From positions 2,637 to 66,636 of IMG/VR virus record IMGVR_UViG_3300033141_004448: a stretch of 64,000 bases of DNA. One strand, written 5' to 3'. The notes under the pieces are model-generated. The model was given only the letters and a program-made list of their open reading frames with translations, did no database searches and was not told where the DNA came from. Position numbers and translations under genes: made by a program. Shown piece after piece: positions 1 through 9,914 of the stretch. Each line of letters opens with the position of its first letter. The stretch's first letter is position 1. This DNA is from a virus.

Positions 1-562
1 CATCCCACGTCATTGTTAATTTAGGTATGGAATACCACCTACGCTCACCCGTAACTTTATTTACGGCGTGTATCCACAACTTATTAACTTTCAACCCGTG
101 ATGCCTCGCAAGTAGTGCATAAATTGATACTTGATTCTTATGATGAAACTTTGGCATTCCCGCAAAAGTAGAACATGTCTTGATATCAATGATGTCGCCC
201 TTCACGTACAAGTCAATGTGTCCAGAAATAGTAAAATTGTCAATTTTTGCTTCCACGCCCACTTCGACCTGCTCAGGTCTGTATGCACGTTGAATTTCAT
301 TATGCGTTCCATTGCCGATCATGAAAATCGTCATTAGATCCATTGGCACGTAAATGTCCATTGTCTTGATCAGTATGTCTGACGCCTCACAACCCATTGC
401 AATTCTACTTGCACGGACGCGCGTTTTATCGCTTTCGTGTTGCAATTCCTTTATCATTAGTAGCCGTTCTTCAACGGATGGACAATTGAATGAGTTGCAC
501 GATAAGCACTCTTTCCATTGCACGTGTTTCTTACTACCGGGACAAATTGTTCCAATGATCAT
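1..562 (-). CDS. Cas4/RecB-like PD-(D/E)xK exonuclease (runs off the window edge; absent from the ORF track)
   Basis: Hand translation from ATG at 562 after GAGGTG: MIIGTICPGSKK...GNGTHNEIQ...EVGVEAKIDNFTISGHIDLYVKGDIIDIKT...HKNQVSIYA; RecB-family motifs (GxxxH, E, D, DxK, QxxxY); no stop before position 1. Confidence 0.8.
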   Translation of the reverse strand, partial: MIIGTICPGSKKHVQWKECLSCNSFNCPSVEERLLMIKELQHESDKTRVRASRIAMGCEASDILIKTMDIYVPMDLMTIFMIGNGTHNEIQRAYRPEQVEVGVEAKIDNFTISGHIDLYVKGDIIDIKTCSTFAGMPKFHHKNQVSIYALLARHHGLKVNKLWIHAVNKVTGERRWYSIPKLTMTWD

Positions 563-573
563 TTCAATACACC

Positions 574-978
574 TCAATATGCGGGATGGAACATCGTTCC
601 TTTTAGCGTTGATTTCTTTAAGTTATCAAGTATGCGTTCCAAGAATAGAATGGCATAATCGGGTTCAAAATACCTAATATCGTGGTTTACATTCCACAAA
701 CTAGGAACTGGTAACAATGTCAGTTCATGCTTGCAATGTGGGCATTCAATATACGGAAGAATAGGTGCGTTACTATTGTATGCATTTTCCGAGTTATCTA
801 TACCAATTTTGTCAAACATAATTTCTAATTCAAGTGCGTTAATAACCCAATCATTACCTTCTATGTTCTCTCTACTGACAATTGGTTTATGACACATCGG
901 GCAACAAAAACCGAGCTGATTAGAACTTGTCGCGTGATTATACGCTTCGCAAGTTGGGCATTTCTCATCTTCGGGCAT
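574..978 (-). CDS. Cys-rich (zinc-ribbon) hypothetical protein
   Basis: Three CxxC pairs (CPTC, CPMC, CPHC); overlaps the GT4 stop. Confidence 0.6.
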   Translation of the reverse strand: MPEDEKCPTCEAYNHATSSNQLGFCCPMCHKPIVSRENIEGNDWVINALELEIMFDKIGIDNSENAYNSNAPILPYIECPHCKHELTLLPVPSLWNVNHDIRYFEPDYAILFLERILDNLKKSTLKGTMFHPAY

Positions 979-1960
979 TAAATTTCACCTCTAATTTCTC
1001 ATTGAATGTATTTGCCCACTTTAATGCATTCCATTTTTCCATGATTATATTTCGGTTATACTTAAGTAGATCTGATAACGGCACTTTACCCGCAATAAAA
1101 TTAATATTTGACACGAGATTATTTGCGTCTTTGTATTTTAACACGGAAAAACTATCCTCCTTTTTTGAATTAACAGATAATATTGGGTAAATTCCTCCAG
1201 CACAATATTCGAGTATCTTCAATTGTCGATTATTTTTACTTTGCGGCGACAAACAGGCAACGCCAACGTTCATTAATTTGAGATATTTTGGTAATTCATT
1301 TCTATTCTTTCCACCCAAATATATAGATCTACCGCGTGAATTATCACACCTTGCTTTCACTTCGTTACTCAACACGCCGCTACCGATTATATATCCCGTT
1401 ATATTCTTTTCACATAGCCTCATTGCTTTGATAAACGTGAATGGGTCTTCCACATGATTTAACGTTGCAAGTAATACAACATTAATTTCTTCAGACCATT
1501 CTGTTTTTAAATGGTATTCATAGCACTCCGTATATCGTTCTGGATTAATACAATGAGGAATGACGTTATCACGAATGCCATTTAATTCCGGCAAATCGTG
1601 ATTTTCAATCGTCCAGAAAGCGTGATCTTTAACTTTTCGTGCAAGTTCAATGTTAAAAGGCAACGTGTGGTATCGTGTCATGAACGGAATGTTTAGTTCC
1701 GCACACGCTTGCGATTCACGGTCGCCGAGGCACAAACAAAAATCAAACTGCAAAGTTTCCCAAATTTGCTTTAATTTAAATTTTAGGCGTGAATGATCAT
1801 AATCGAACTTATGAATATCTTTACCTTCAATGCGTGTGGAATTATTTACCCGTGCACAAAGAAATGTTAATTCGTGGTCGCGTTCGAGGAGATCACAATT
1901 TGTCGTCCATGCTCCTGACATGCCAGGAATTAGGTCGTATGACACTACTAAGATCTTAAT
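965..1960 (-). CDS. Glycosyltransferase, GT-B/GT4-like
   Basis: C-terminal GSG...KILEYCAGG motif; in-frame extension to ATT at 1960 gives the canonical (M)KILVVSYD first strand after GGGGTG; track start is 1945. Confidence 0.8.
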   Translation of the reverse strand: MKILVVSYDLIPGMSGAWTTNCDLLERDHELTFLCARVNNSTRIEGKDIHKFDYDHSRLKFKLKQIWETLQFDFCLCLGDRESQACAELNIPFMTRYHTLPFNIELARKVKDHAFWTIENHDLPELNGIRDNVIPHCINPERYTECYEYHLKTEWSEEINVVLLATLNHVEDPFTFIKAMRLCEKNITGYIIGSGVLSNEVKARCDNSRGRSIYLGGKNRNELPKYLKLMNVGVACLSPQSKNNRQLKILEYCAGGIYPILSVNSKKEDSFSVLKYKDANNLVSNINFIAGKVPLSDLLKYNRNIIMEKWNALKWANTFNEKLEVKFNARR

Positions 1961-1963
1961 TTT

Positions 1964-2263
1964 TTACCACCCCATAGTTATGAATGCTACAACGTAACAA
2001 ATTATCACGACTAAAAAAAACAACCCCGATATTACATACGGCGCAACATCAGAAAAACTAATTTCAGGAACTTTATCTTCATCGTCATATTTGATTCTGA
2101 TTTTGTATTCAATTTCGTCAAGTTCGTATTCATCATCAAAACCGCAATTAATGCAATACCTATCTTTAATTTCGTGCCCGCAAAGCTTGCATTTTTTTAT
2201 TTCGATTTCTGTTGTTAGCTCCATTTTTGGTCGCGTGTATCCCGTTGTATGATAATATATCAC
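1964..2263 (-). CDS. Zinc-ribbon protein with C-terminal transmembrane helix
   Basis: CKLC...CINC and hydrophobic C-terminus. Confidence 0.6.
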   Translation of the reverse strand: MIYYHTTGYTRPKMELTTEIEIKKCKLCGHEIKDRYCINCGFDDEYELDEIEYKIRIKYDDEDKVPEISFSDVAPYVISGLFFLVVIICYVVAFITMGW

Positions 2264-2931
2264 TTATCTTCACCTTGCTGATCACGTTCAAGTGTATGAC
2301 CAACTTTAATGCAATCATCTGACGCTTCCGTGTCGTTACCATCGTAAGTTACACGCACGTATTCACGAATGAATCCATCACGTAATTCATTTGCATTTAC
2401 ACCAGTATCAACGTCTTCCTGCGTGTAACGGGGTGTTATTCCACGTGCTTCGTTTAAATCTATATTATTCATCACATCACGGTAATAATTTCCAAAAGAA
2501 AATATCCTACCATGCCTTCTCGGAAAATTAAAATCAACAAACACCATTCCAGAAACCGCTCTTCTCGTATCAGGCGGGCACGGCGTGCATTCTACATCTA
2601 TATGACCATGAGATTGTGATTCCATTTTTTCTTTCAATTCGGGAAATACCTTCTCTGCACAATAGCAACAATAGAAATCCATTTTATCAATGTTATCAAG
2701 GAAATCCACGAGCTCGGTATTCGTATAATGTGATAAATTCGTGAGTATGGTAAGAGGTTCGATTTTTATATAACAACCGCTTAAGTTATCGTTCATCTTT
2801 GGATAAGAATCTATGAGTGTCTTGCACGTACGACCTTTTAATTTTTTATGTATTTCGTCAAGAAGAAACATGCGGAAATTTTGAACGATCGCTTTATCAA
2901 TTTTATCAATTTCATCAATGAAATCTGCCAT
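2260..2931 (-). CDS. Hypothetical protein
   Basis: 223-aa ORF with overlapping start/stop on both sides. Confidence 0.6.
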   Translation of the reverse strand: MADFIDEIDKIDKAIVQNFRMFLLDEIHKKLKGRTCKTLIDSYPKMNDNLSGCYIKIEPLTILTNLSHYTNTELVDFLDNIDKMDFYCCYCAEKVFPELKEKMESQSHGHIDVECTPCPPDTRRAVSGMVFVDFNFPRRHGRIFSFGNYYRDVMNNIDLNEARGITPRYTQEDVDTGVNANELRDGFIREYVRVTYDGNDTEASDDCIKVGHTLERDQQGEDK

Positions 2932-3131
2932 TACATCCCACCTTTCATTATCGGGATAACCGTGATATTCATTCCTTCACTAATTTCTTCGTCCAATCCA
3001 ATACGCCTGCTTTCACGCTTTAGCACGACAGCATATCGCTTCGGATCATAACCGTTTGCTTCGAGAAAATCCCGAACGGTTGTTTTTTGCAATACAAGCA
3101 AGTCTTGAATTGGAGATCTCGGATTAGTCAT
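2931..3131 (-). CDS. Ubiquitin-like (MoaD/ThiS/SAMP beta-grasp) protein ending GGM
   Basis: ATG at 3131 after GGAG; TVRDFLE...YAVVL...LDEEISEGMNITVIPIMKGGM matches the ThiS/MoaD/SAMP pattern. Confidence 0.75.
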   Translation of the reverse strand: MTNPRSPIQDLLVLQKTTVRDFLEANGYDPKRYAVVLKRESRRIGLDEEISEGMNITVIPIMKGGM

Positions 3132-3993
3132 TACTACCAACTCCTTTTTGTTTAATAATATAATTATTATCATTTATTAACCGTTCTATTTGTGGCGGGT
3201 GATCGCTACGAAACCTATTAAGTAATAATAGTTGTGCCCAGTTTTTCCTGAACCACAAGTAATTACTTTTTATCCATTCCCTACGGAAATCGTCATCGCC
3301 ATCATGAAACGCTTTCTTTTTTGGATTGGAAGAATCACGCGTGCACGAACCCATTAATTTACGAATGTAATTTTCTTCTGTTGCAACATGACCATAATGG
3401 TAACAGCACGCCCCATTAACTCTGGCTATTTTCCTTCGGTTTTGCCATAACGTAGTATGTCGGGTATCGCCAATGTTGTCAAGTGTTTGCGGCTGTCGGT
3501 AATGGTATTTTAGGTCATCACGCCACCGAATGAATTTTAACATTCCCGTTTCATTTACTTTGTACCAATTAAAGCCCTCTGGAATACGACCGTAAAAATT
3601 AACGAAACGGTATAACAACACGTCATGTTTATTAAACAACCCTGCACAATACTTAATCTGACTTACATCCCTTGACTTGTAAAACTCATCCGTATCGATA
3701 ATCCACATCCACGTGCAATCAAGTTCTTTACGTATGAACTCAAGGTAAGTGTTCCGTTGCTCAGCTTCGTTATCAAAATTACCCGTCAGGAGGAATACTT
3801 TATCGGATCTTTCTTGCGAGTATTCTATACAAATATTCAGTGTATTATCCGGCACTTGATTAGAAAATTCTTTTTGTGCGCCATACACGATAATGAGGTG
3901 ATCAACGTATGGAAGGATACCTTCAATCGCATATTTCACGTACGGTTCTGAGTTATAGGCAATCATGCATCCAATAATCTTCATTTTCATCAT
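3124..3993 (-). CDS. Glycosyltransferase family 2 (GT-A)
   Basis: IAYNSE N-terminus, WMWIIDTDEF DxD motif, YHYGHV. Confidence 0.85.
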   Translation of the reverse strand: MMKMKIIGCMIAYNSEPYVKYAIEGILPYVDHLIIVYGAQKEFSNQVPDNTLNICIEYSQERSDKVFLLTGNFDNEAEQRNTYLEFIRKELDCTWMWIIDTDEFYKSRDVSQIKYCAGLFNKHDVLLYRFVNFYGRIPEGFNWYKVNETGMLKFIRWRDDLKYHYRQPQTLDNIGDTRHTTLWQNRRKIARVNGACCYHYGHVATEENYIRKLMGSCTRDSSNPKKKAFHDGDDDFRREWIKSNYLWFRKNWAQLLLLNRFRSDHPPQIERLINDNNYIIKQKGVGSND

Positions 3994-4210
3994 CCTCCTC
4001 TTCTACGTTTGTTTCACAATAAGGATTTTGGCAATAATATACATTTTCAAGTTTAGTACATACACCAATAAGATTAGAATTTTCTTTTCGTTCTTCATCA
4101 ATATCAAAACACTGACCTTTCACTAATACATTTCCATTCGTCTGGATCGTTATAACATAACGTGATTCGAGTGGGCTTCCACATTTTTTACACGGTACCA
4201 TTTTCATCAT
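3953..4210 (-). CDS. Small zinc-ribbon protein
   Basis: CKKCG...CQNPYC. Confidence 0.5.
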   Translation of the reverse strand: MMKMVPCKKCGSPLESRYVITIQTNGNVLVKGQCFDIDEERKENSNLIGVCTKLENVYYCQNPYCETNVEEEDDENEDYWMHDCL

Positions 4211-4241
4211 ACCTCCTCATACCAATCGCAATCAATCATAT

Positions 4242-5141
4242 TCATTTCCGTTCTTCCTTCCTGTATTTCCGCTTATATACATCATCTAAACTAACCATCA
4301 TTTGAAAAATATTCACGCAATTTATTATCTCGAAACCGCATTTATCACCAAAGCTCATTGAAGCAACAGGATGTGCTATTACAGGATCAGTTCCCGTACA
4401 CTTTTCCTCTGACCATTTTGCGAATGCACGAAGATCCTTCGGAAGGCACTTACCACCGAGAGGAAACTTACTTTTTGACAAATATTTCCAGTGATCTTTT
4501 CCGATACGAGGATTGTCTGCGAATATTTCCATTACATTAGCACTATTACATATCTCTTGCATTTGATGTGCAAATAGACATTTCATGGCATAATAGCAAT
4601 TGGTAAAATATTTAATAAATTCAGCTTCAATCGGTTCAACGTCTAATAACTGTTCATTTTTCCAGATTAAATTAAATAAGTCGTGTATCTTGTACACGTA
4701 TTCATCCGATGGAAAAGATTCACCAATTATAGGTTTGCGTCTAGGTTTAATTATATCAGCTATTGCCGTTTTTTCATCCAAAAATTCGGGCATGCAACAA
4801 ATATACCAATCGTTATATTCTGCAATGTAATTATCAGTCGTAAGCGGTAGTACCGTAGATTTTATCACTATGATTTGGTCATCACGTTCTTTCGGGTGTA
4901 GCCATTCCATTACTTCGTCAAGTTCGGATAAGTCTTGCGTGCCGTCTTCTCTTGTAGGCGTGGGAACGCAAATAAACACGAAATCACAATTTTTACGAAT
5001 GTCATCACGCGTGGATTGTAATGATTTATACGCCACGTTATTATACTTATCATAAAGTAAGATATTAACGTCATTCACCTGACCGAACGCTTTTGCAAGT
5101 GCTTGACCAACCGTGCCCAAACCGATTATCCCGATTATCAT
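4242..5141 (-). CDS. UDP-glucose/GDP-mannose dehydrogenase family (short form)
   Basis: GIIGLGTVG Rossmann motif, FICVPTP, KSTVLP, PEFL, AEFIKY, catalytic GGKCLPKD; C-terminal domain appears absent. Confidence 0.9.
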   Translation of the reverse strand: MIIGIIGLGTVGQALAKAFGQVNDVNILLYDKYNNVAYKSLQSTRDDIRKNCDFVFICVPTPTREDGTQDLSELDEVMEWLHPKERDDQIIVIKSTVLPLTTDNYIAEYNDWYICCMPEFLDEKTAIADIIKPRRKPIIGESFPSDEYVYKIHDLFNLIWKNEQLLDVEPIEAEFIKYFTNCYYAMKCLFAHQMQEICNSANVMEIFADNPRIGKDHWKYLSKSKFPLGGKCLPKDLRAFAKWSEEKCTGTDPVIAHPVASMSFGDKCGFEIINCVNIFQMMVSLDDVYKRKYRKEERK

Positions 5142-5383
5142 TTCAATTCACCAATCTCATTTTTTCGTTCTAATATCTCACGTAAAGATTTTATTTTTCC
5201 TTCTTTTCGTTGTTTAATAAACCATAATAAATCTTTAATAAAATTATAATGGTAATCGCATAGATACATACCGTATTCTTTATGCTTTACTTTTCGTTCG
5301 CAAACTTCACCATAAGCAAATACTTCGGCAGATCTAGCAAATGGTATTTTTCTAAACTCGCAACGAAGTTTAACTTTTGTCAT
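5138..5383 (-). CDS. Small hypothetical protein
   Basis: Co-oriented ORF with C...C...CDYH motif. Confidence 0.5.
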   Translation of the reverse strand: MTKVKLRCEFRKIPFARSAEVFAYGEVCERKVKHKEYGMYLCDYHYNFIKDLLWFIKQRKEGKIKSLREILERKNEIGELK

Positions 5384-5384
5384 T

Positions 5385-5765
5385 TTAATCCTCCGTTAAT
5401 AACTTCAGTAGCTTTTCTCTTGCACGGAACTCATTGCCATCACACAAATAAGTGAATGATTTCATCCACGCATTCCATATCCCGCGAAAAACACTGAGGT
5501 TTTTGCTACCCACTTCGAGTGCAACAACATTACAGATTTCATTCAATGTCATATCTATATCTTTCTCCATGATATAATCATTAAAATCACGATGTAACGA
5601 AAATCTCTTTATTCCCACAACGTGAATATTAGTTTTTGGGAATAAGTCTATTTTTACTGCTATAGAGTCTGCGAAATCTTCATACCACACGTCATATATG
5701 ATATTAAGTTTCTTACTTAATTTATCTTTTATTTTTTGTGCAAATTCATGAATATTTTTCTTCAA
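5385..5765 (-). CDS. Hypothetical protein
   Basis: 126-aa ORF in the operon, GGAGG upstream. Confidence 0.55.
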   Translation of the reverse strand: MKKNIHEFAQKIKDKLSKKLNIIYDVWYEDFADSIAVKIDLFPKTNIHVVGIKRFSLHRDFNDYIMEKDIDMTLNEICNVVALEVGSKNLSVFRGIWNAWMKSFTYLCDGNEFRAREKLLKLLTED

Positions 5766-6687
5766 GTTTCATTCCTCCTTTTTTATATTTTGATATTTTA
5801 TTATACGGCAATACATAATAACCCTTAAACATTCGTTTTATTTCTTTCACGGGCGAATGTAAAAAACCGTGCACGTTACCCAATTGTTTAATAAGATAAT
5901 AATGTTCGGTTTCATAACAACCAAAGCCTTTTTTGAAGTTCCACGTCCCGTCATTTATCTTTGCACTTGAGTGCATGTTGAATACCGATATATCCTGCAT
6001 TTTTGCAATATTAAGTTCTTCATTCAACAAAAATGTATTGCCGTCAAGGTAAAAGTATTTTGAGTCAAATGCAGAACGGTAATAATCAACGTGATATTCG
6101 TTCTTCAGAAATATTGCACCGCCTATCATCATATTCTTATAAAACACGCAAGATAAATACGAATTATCAAGTTCAAGTAACTTGCGAAAATAATCATACT
6201 CTATAACTTGCGATTTTTGCTCAAGAGAACGCTTGACGTGGATCTTGTACCATTCACTGAGATATTCATTACCCGTTTTCACGGAAAGAACTTTTTTCTT
6301 GTTTATTTTTCTGATTTTGAATTTCACGTCCGACCTATAATTATCCATCACGTTACCAACCGAGCGTAAATTCACGTATTGTATCGGGTTCACGATTGTC
6401 GTGTCAAATAAATTAAAAAGCTTGCTTTTCATATTCTTCAAGAATAATGGTGCGGTTACATACGTGAAAATATCAACGTCAAATCCTCTTAGCATATTAA
6501 ATATTTTCATGATTTCGTCTGGTAACGTAGGAGCGTAGCTTGAATATCCTGGCTGGCAGTTTGCAACATTACCGTATTTTGTTTTACGAATGAATATCGG
6601 TAACCCGTTCATGCGTATGAATTTATCTTTGTTGTAATACGATTGCAAGAAGTCAGAGTATTCTTCGGATTGTTGAACCATTATCAT
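5746..6687 (-). CDS. FemAB-like GNAT (aminoacyl/acyl transferase)
   Basis: MIGGAIFL...YYRSA...GNTFLL...FKKGFG pattern typical of FemAB-like proteins. Confidence 0.8.
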   Translation of the reverse strand: MIMVQQSEEYSDFLQSYYNKDKFIRMNGLPIFIRKTKYGNVANCQPGYSSYAPTLPDEIMKIFNMLRGFDVDIFTYVTAPLFLKNMKSKLFNLFDTTIVNPIQYVNLRSVGNVMDNYRSDVKFKIRKINKKKVLSVKTGNEYLSEWYKIHVKRSLEQKSQVIEYDYFRKLLELDNSYLSCVFYKNMMIGGAIFLKNEYHVDYYRSAFDSKYFYLDGNTFLLNEELNIAKMQDISVFNMHSSAKINDGTWNFKKGFGCYETEHYYLIKQLGNVHGFLHSPVKEIKRMFKGYYVLPYNKISKYKKGGMKLEEKYS

Positions 6688-6980
6688 TCTTCCACTTCCG
6701 AGAGATATTTTCGAATTCTATCCATTTCGTCATACCACCATTTCGGAATGGTTAATTTCTTTTCTTCTATTATTTTTTTTCGTTCGAGCAAGTAACCTAT
6801 GCGTGCCAAAATAATTTTTTCTTTTGGTACATCAACTCGTGTGAATATACTAACAGAATAATCTTCATCATATTCGCCACTTTCTATAACTTCTTTAATA
6901 GCTTCATCTAATGAGTCAAAGTCTTCACTATATTCTTCATACGGATCGCCTTTCATAAAAATCACGGTATATTTTTTCAC
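6684..6980 (-). CDS. Hypothetical protein
   Basis: Coupled 98-aa ORF. Confidence 0.55.
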   Translation of the reverse strand: MKKYTVIFMKGDPYEEYSEDFDSLDEAIKEVIESGEYDEDYSVSIFTRVDVPKEKIILARIGYLLERKKIIEEKKLTIPKWWYDEMDRIRKYLSEVEE

Positions 6981-7879
6981 TTTATCGCCTCCATGAATTG
7001 ATCTACTCGGTAACCAATCGTGTGTTTTTTTACCAGCTCATACTCCATTTTCCAATTGTCTGGACAATCCAATATCCGTTTTATCAGCAATAACAACCCT
7101 TCTTTATCGTATGTTACTTCAGTTCCGAATAATTCGGCAGGGTACACGTCTGAAGCTAATATATTCCCGCTACCAATCACTTCAAAAAATCGTAGCGTGG
7201 CAATCTTCACGTCAGGGTGATTTACGTGTAATGTTACTCTTGCACGGTTAATCAATTTATTTAATTCTTCCCTGAACACTTCATTACCGAGTGAAGAAGA
7301 GAACACTTTAATGTCTATGCCATTCGAGGTGAGATATTTTAAGGTTTCAATACGATTCGGATACAACGAACCGTACCACAACACGTCAATGTCTTTCGCA
7401 ATATCGAGTTTCTTCACGTATGGCAAGACACAACATGGATTAAACGCAATGCCATTTTCGTATTTTTCCGCTTTGTCGGGATCTGTCGTGAGGTAATAAT
7501 CAAAAAACGGTTGCCAATGCAAGAAATAATCAGTTCCCGCGTGGTCATCACCACACACGCCGATTATTTTAACGCCGAGTTTTCGAATATCATTCAAAAC
7601 GGCAGGGTGGACATTTTTATCACCCCACCATAGATAGTAGTCAATATCATTATTCTCGCAAAAATCTATTATTTTATCATAGTATGACCAATATTTTTTC
7701 CGTGTATGTGGAAAAACAATATCGTGGAGTAAATGTTCCCAATCATACCCGATCTTTATATCAAGTATCTTTCTCGTGTCAAATACTGTAACTTCGTGCC
7801 CACGCCTTCGCAGTTCTTCGACATACGTTTTTTCCATTGGTATTTTTCCAGAATAATTTCCCGTAAATAAGAATTTCAT
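6977..7879 (-). CDS. CgeB/YkvP-like glycosyltransferase (GT-B)
   Basis: RRGHEV, DVLWYGSLYPNR, LRFFEVIGSG, HTIGYRV. Confidence 0.85.
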   Translation of the reverse strand: MKFLFTGNYSGKIPMEKTYVEELRRRGHEVTVFDTRKILDIKIGYDWEHLLHDIVFPHTRKKYWSYYDKIIDFCENNDIDYYLWWGDKNVHPAVLNDIRKLGVKIIGVCGDDHAGTDYFLHWQPFFDYYLTTDPDKAEKYENGIAFNPCCVLPYVKKLDIAKDIDVLWYGSLYPNRIETLKYLTSNGIDIKVFSSSLGNEVFREELNKLINRARVTLHVNHPDVKIATLRFFEVIGSGNILASDVYPAELFGTEVTYDKEGLLLLIKRILDCPDNWKMEYELVKKHTIGYRVDQFMEAIK

Positions 7880-8094
7880 TTGTCCATCTCCTTTAGCATG
7901 AAAAGTATTCCGTTAAGTGCCTTTTCAATGGATGATATTCTATTTTCAATCGTTGTTAATCTATCAAATTTTGGATTATCACGGTACTGACAGTTATCTA
8001 TTCCTGGCACGAGGCAAATTGGCTTAAGTTCACCTTGTGCAATGCACGTTGAATTTTTTTCATTATAATATTTACATAATTTTATTTCGTTCAT
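7876..8094 (-). CDS. Small Cys-containing hypothetical protein
   Basis: Coupled ORF with four Cys. Confidence 0.5.
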   Translation of the reverse strand: MNEIKLCKYYNEKNSTCIAQGELKPICLVPGIDNCQYRDNPKFDRLTTIENRISSIEKALNGILFMLKEMDK

Positions 8095-8456
8095 TTCATA
8101 TCCTCCAGCATTTTCTGCAGTTTTTCGAGAATCTCATTATATAAGCGTAACGATTTTTCACGCGAAGCAAGCCGTGCACGACTCCACAGATCTTCACCAG
8201 ACATACCACAGATTCCAGCAGTTACGAGTGGACAAAAGGGTTTTTTGTTAAACGGGCTTTCAAGGTCTCGCTTTCTGCAGGCGTAGTGCTTGCAGAACTG
8301 GCATATCTGCAAGTGTAAGTCGTGTGCTTCTGCAGGAGAAAAATGCTCGAATGCGTATATCACTTCCTCGTACTTGTAAATGGTTTTTTCAAGGCAGAAC
8401 TTCAGCACTTCATTTCCTTCGCTCATTTTACATCTTCCTTTTCGAATGCTTCGCAA
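8091..8456 (-). CDS. Cys-rich hypothetical protein
   Basis: CQFC..C...CPL...C; the second Met (MSEG) is the more likely start. Confidence 0.5.
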   Translation of the reverse strand: MRSIRKGRCKMSEGNEVLKFCLEKTIYKYEEVIYAFEHFSPAEAHDLHLQICQFCKHYACRKRDLESPFNKKPFCPLVTAGICGMSGEDLWSRARLASREKSLRLYNEILEKLQKMLEDMK

Positions 8457-8773
8457 AGCGTTGCTATCAGCTCCGCGTTTTTGTTAGGAAAGAGGTGGAA
8501 AAGCCCACTCTCATATAGCTTACGATTGTAATAACACATTTTCTTGTGAATGCAGTCGTGGCAAACTTTACCCTGTTTTGTGATAAAATCTCTTGTATTG
8601 AATAGATTCTCCGCTATGTAATTATCTATGAATTTCTGATCATCCGTGAGTAAATCGTATGGTTTGTTAGCCTCGTGATTAAAAGAGGAAGGATCGATCT
8701 GCTCAATTGCCTCCAGATACCACTCGTGTAATTTCCGAGCAAGCTTTTCAACCTTACCTTCATTCGTCATCAT
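8423..8773 (-). CDS. Hypothetical protein
   Basis: GGAGG RBS; LARKLHEWY...PYDLLTDDQK; C-terminal CxxCxH. Confidence 0.55.
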   Translation of the reverse strand: MMTNEGKVEKLARKLHEWYLEAIEQIDPSSFNHEANKPYDLLTDDQKFIDNYIAENLFNTRDFITKQGKVCHDCIHKKMCYYNRKLYESGLFHLFPNKNAELIATLCEAFEKEDVK

Positions 8774-8919
8774 TCAACCCTCCTAAAAAATTCACACGTT
8801 GTTGCATCATCATATTCATACGTTTCGCAATCACAACAATTGCACCATCCGACATCCAATGGTGGATCTTCAGCAATCATATAGTGCTCGCAATTTTCAC
8901 AATAATTATTTTCGCTCAT
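8770..8919 (-). CDS. 49-aa Cys-rich microprotein
   Basis: Hand translation MSENNYCENCEHY...GWCNCCDC...DATTCEFFRRVE; resembles 11564..11689. Confidence 0.55.
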   Translation of the reverse strand: MSENNYCENCEHYMIAEDPPLDVGWCNCCDCETYEYDDATTCEFFRRVE

Positions 8920-9077
8920 TTTACTACCTATTCTTTCTTAATCCATTTTACTTTATAAGCACAAACGTGTATATCCAAACACACACCTCTCTTTTGTTTT
9001 TTCAAAAAAGATGTGAATTCTTCTTCCGACTCTAATTTAAATATATCATTTCCTTTTACTATAAAAAATATCATTTA

Positions 9078-9914
9078 TTACCGCCTCCATTCTCTTTTAT
9101 CAATTATATCTAATATCTGTTCCACGCGATATTTGTAATCCAATTCTTCGGTATTCACGCGTGAAATATCCTGATTTGTAATTATATCTTCTTTTGAATG
9201 ACCGCAAGCAAGTATGTCATACACGCGACCCTGAATCATTTTTCGCTTGACCATGTCTTCATTATGCAGGGCGAATATTTGCCCTGCCTGAGTATAAACT
9301 TTTCGCGTGTCCTCATACGGAATGTATCTACCCATTATCCTGATATTATCACGAACGAAGTCATTCCACCCGTTACCATAAACGTGAATGCCATTCTTGC
9401 CACGAAAATGTTCACTCACGATCTCATATTTCCGCTTATCGTAATTTCCCACGTAAAGATACTTACAACCATAATCTCCTGAGAAATCCGGTCTGAATGT
9501 TTCCGTGTCGGTAGCACACTCAACATGATATGAATTTGGCAGGTCAGAGTTCGGTTCTATCGTGAGGTAAGCGTCATAATGATATTGATAATTTTCGTCC
9601 CAAAAACGCTTCATATTGATCGGTGAAGAAACAATCCAAAATATCTTATGTAAAACGTTTTCCTTGACGATTTCCTTCACAAACCTATCCAAATTTTCGT
9701 TGTTACAATTAGTAATCAATATATCATAATACTTGAACTTGATATTGTTACAATTAAACAAGTCATAAAGGTATGCTTTATATCCCATTCGCTTTAATGA
9801 CGATTGAAATTGAAGAAGTTCAATCGATTCACCCCAACATTCATTTTTATTAATATATTTCGGGCATATAAGTGCTACTTTTAACTTATTTCCTTGAATT
9901 GATATATTCCACAC
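9078..9914 (-). CDS. CgeB-like glycosyltransferase
   Basis: KVALICPKY N-terminus, CATDTETFRP, YVGN, VYGNGW, RVYDILACG; start codon uncertain (overlaps endonuclease 3' end). Confidence 0.8.
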   Translation of the reverse strand: MWNISIQGNKLKVALICPKYINKNECWGESIELLQFQSSLKRMGYKAYLYDLFNCNNIKFKYYDILITNCNNENLDRFVKEIVKENVLHKIFWIVSSPINMKRFWDENYQYHYDAYLTIEPNSDLPNSYHVECATDTETFRPDFSGDYGCKYLYVGNYDKRKYEIVSEHFRGKNGIHVYGNGWNDFVRDNIRIMGRYIPYEDTRKVYTQAGQIFALHNEDMVKRKMIQGRVYDILACGHSKEDIITNQDISRVNTEELDYKYRVEQILDIIDKREWRR

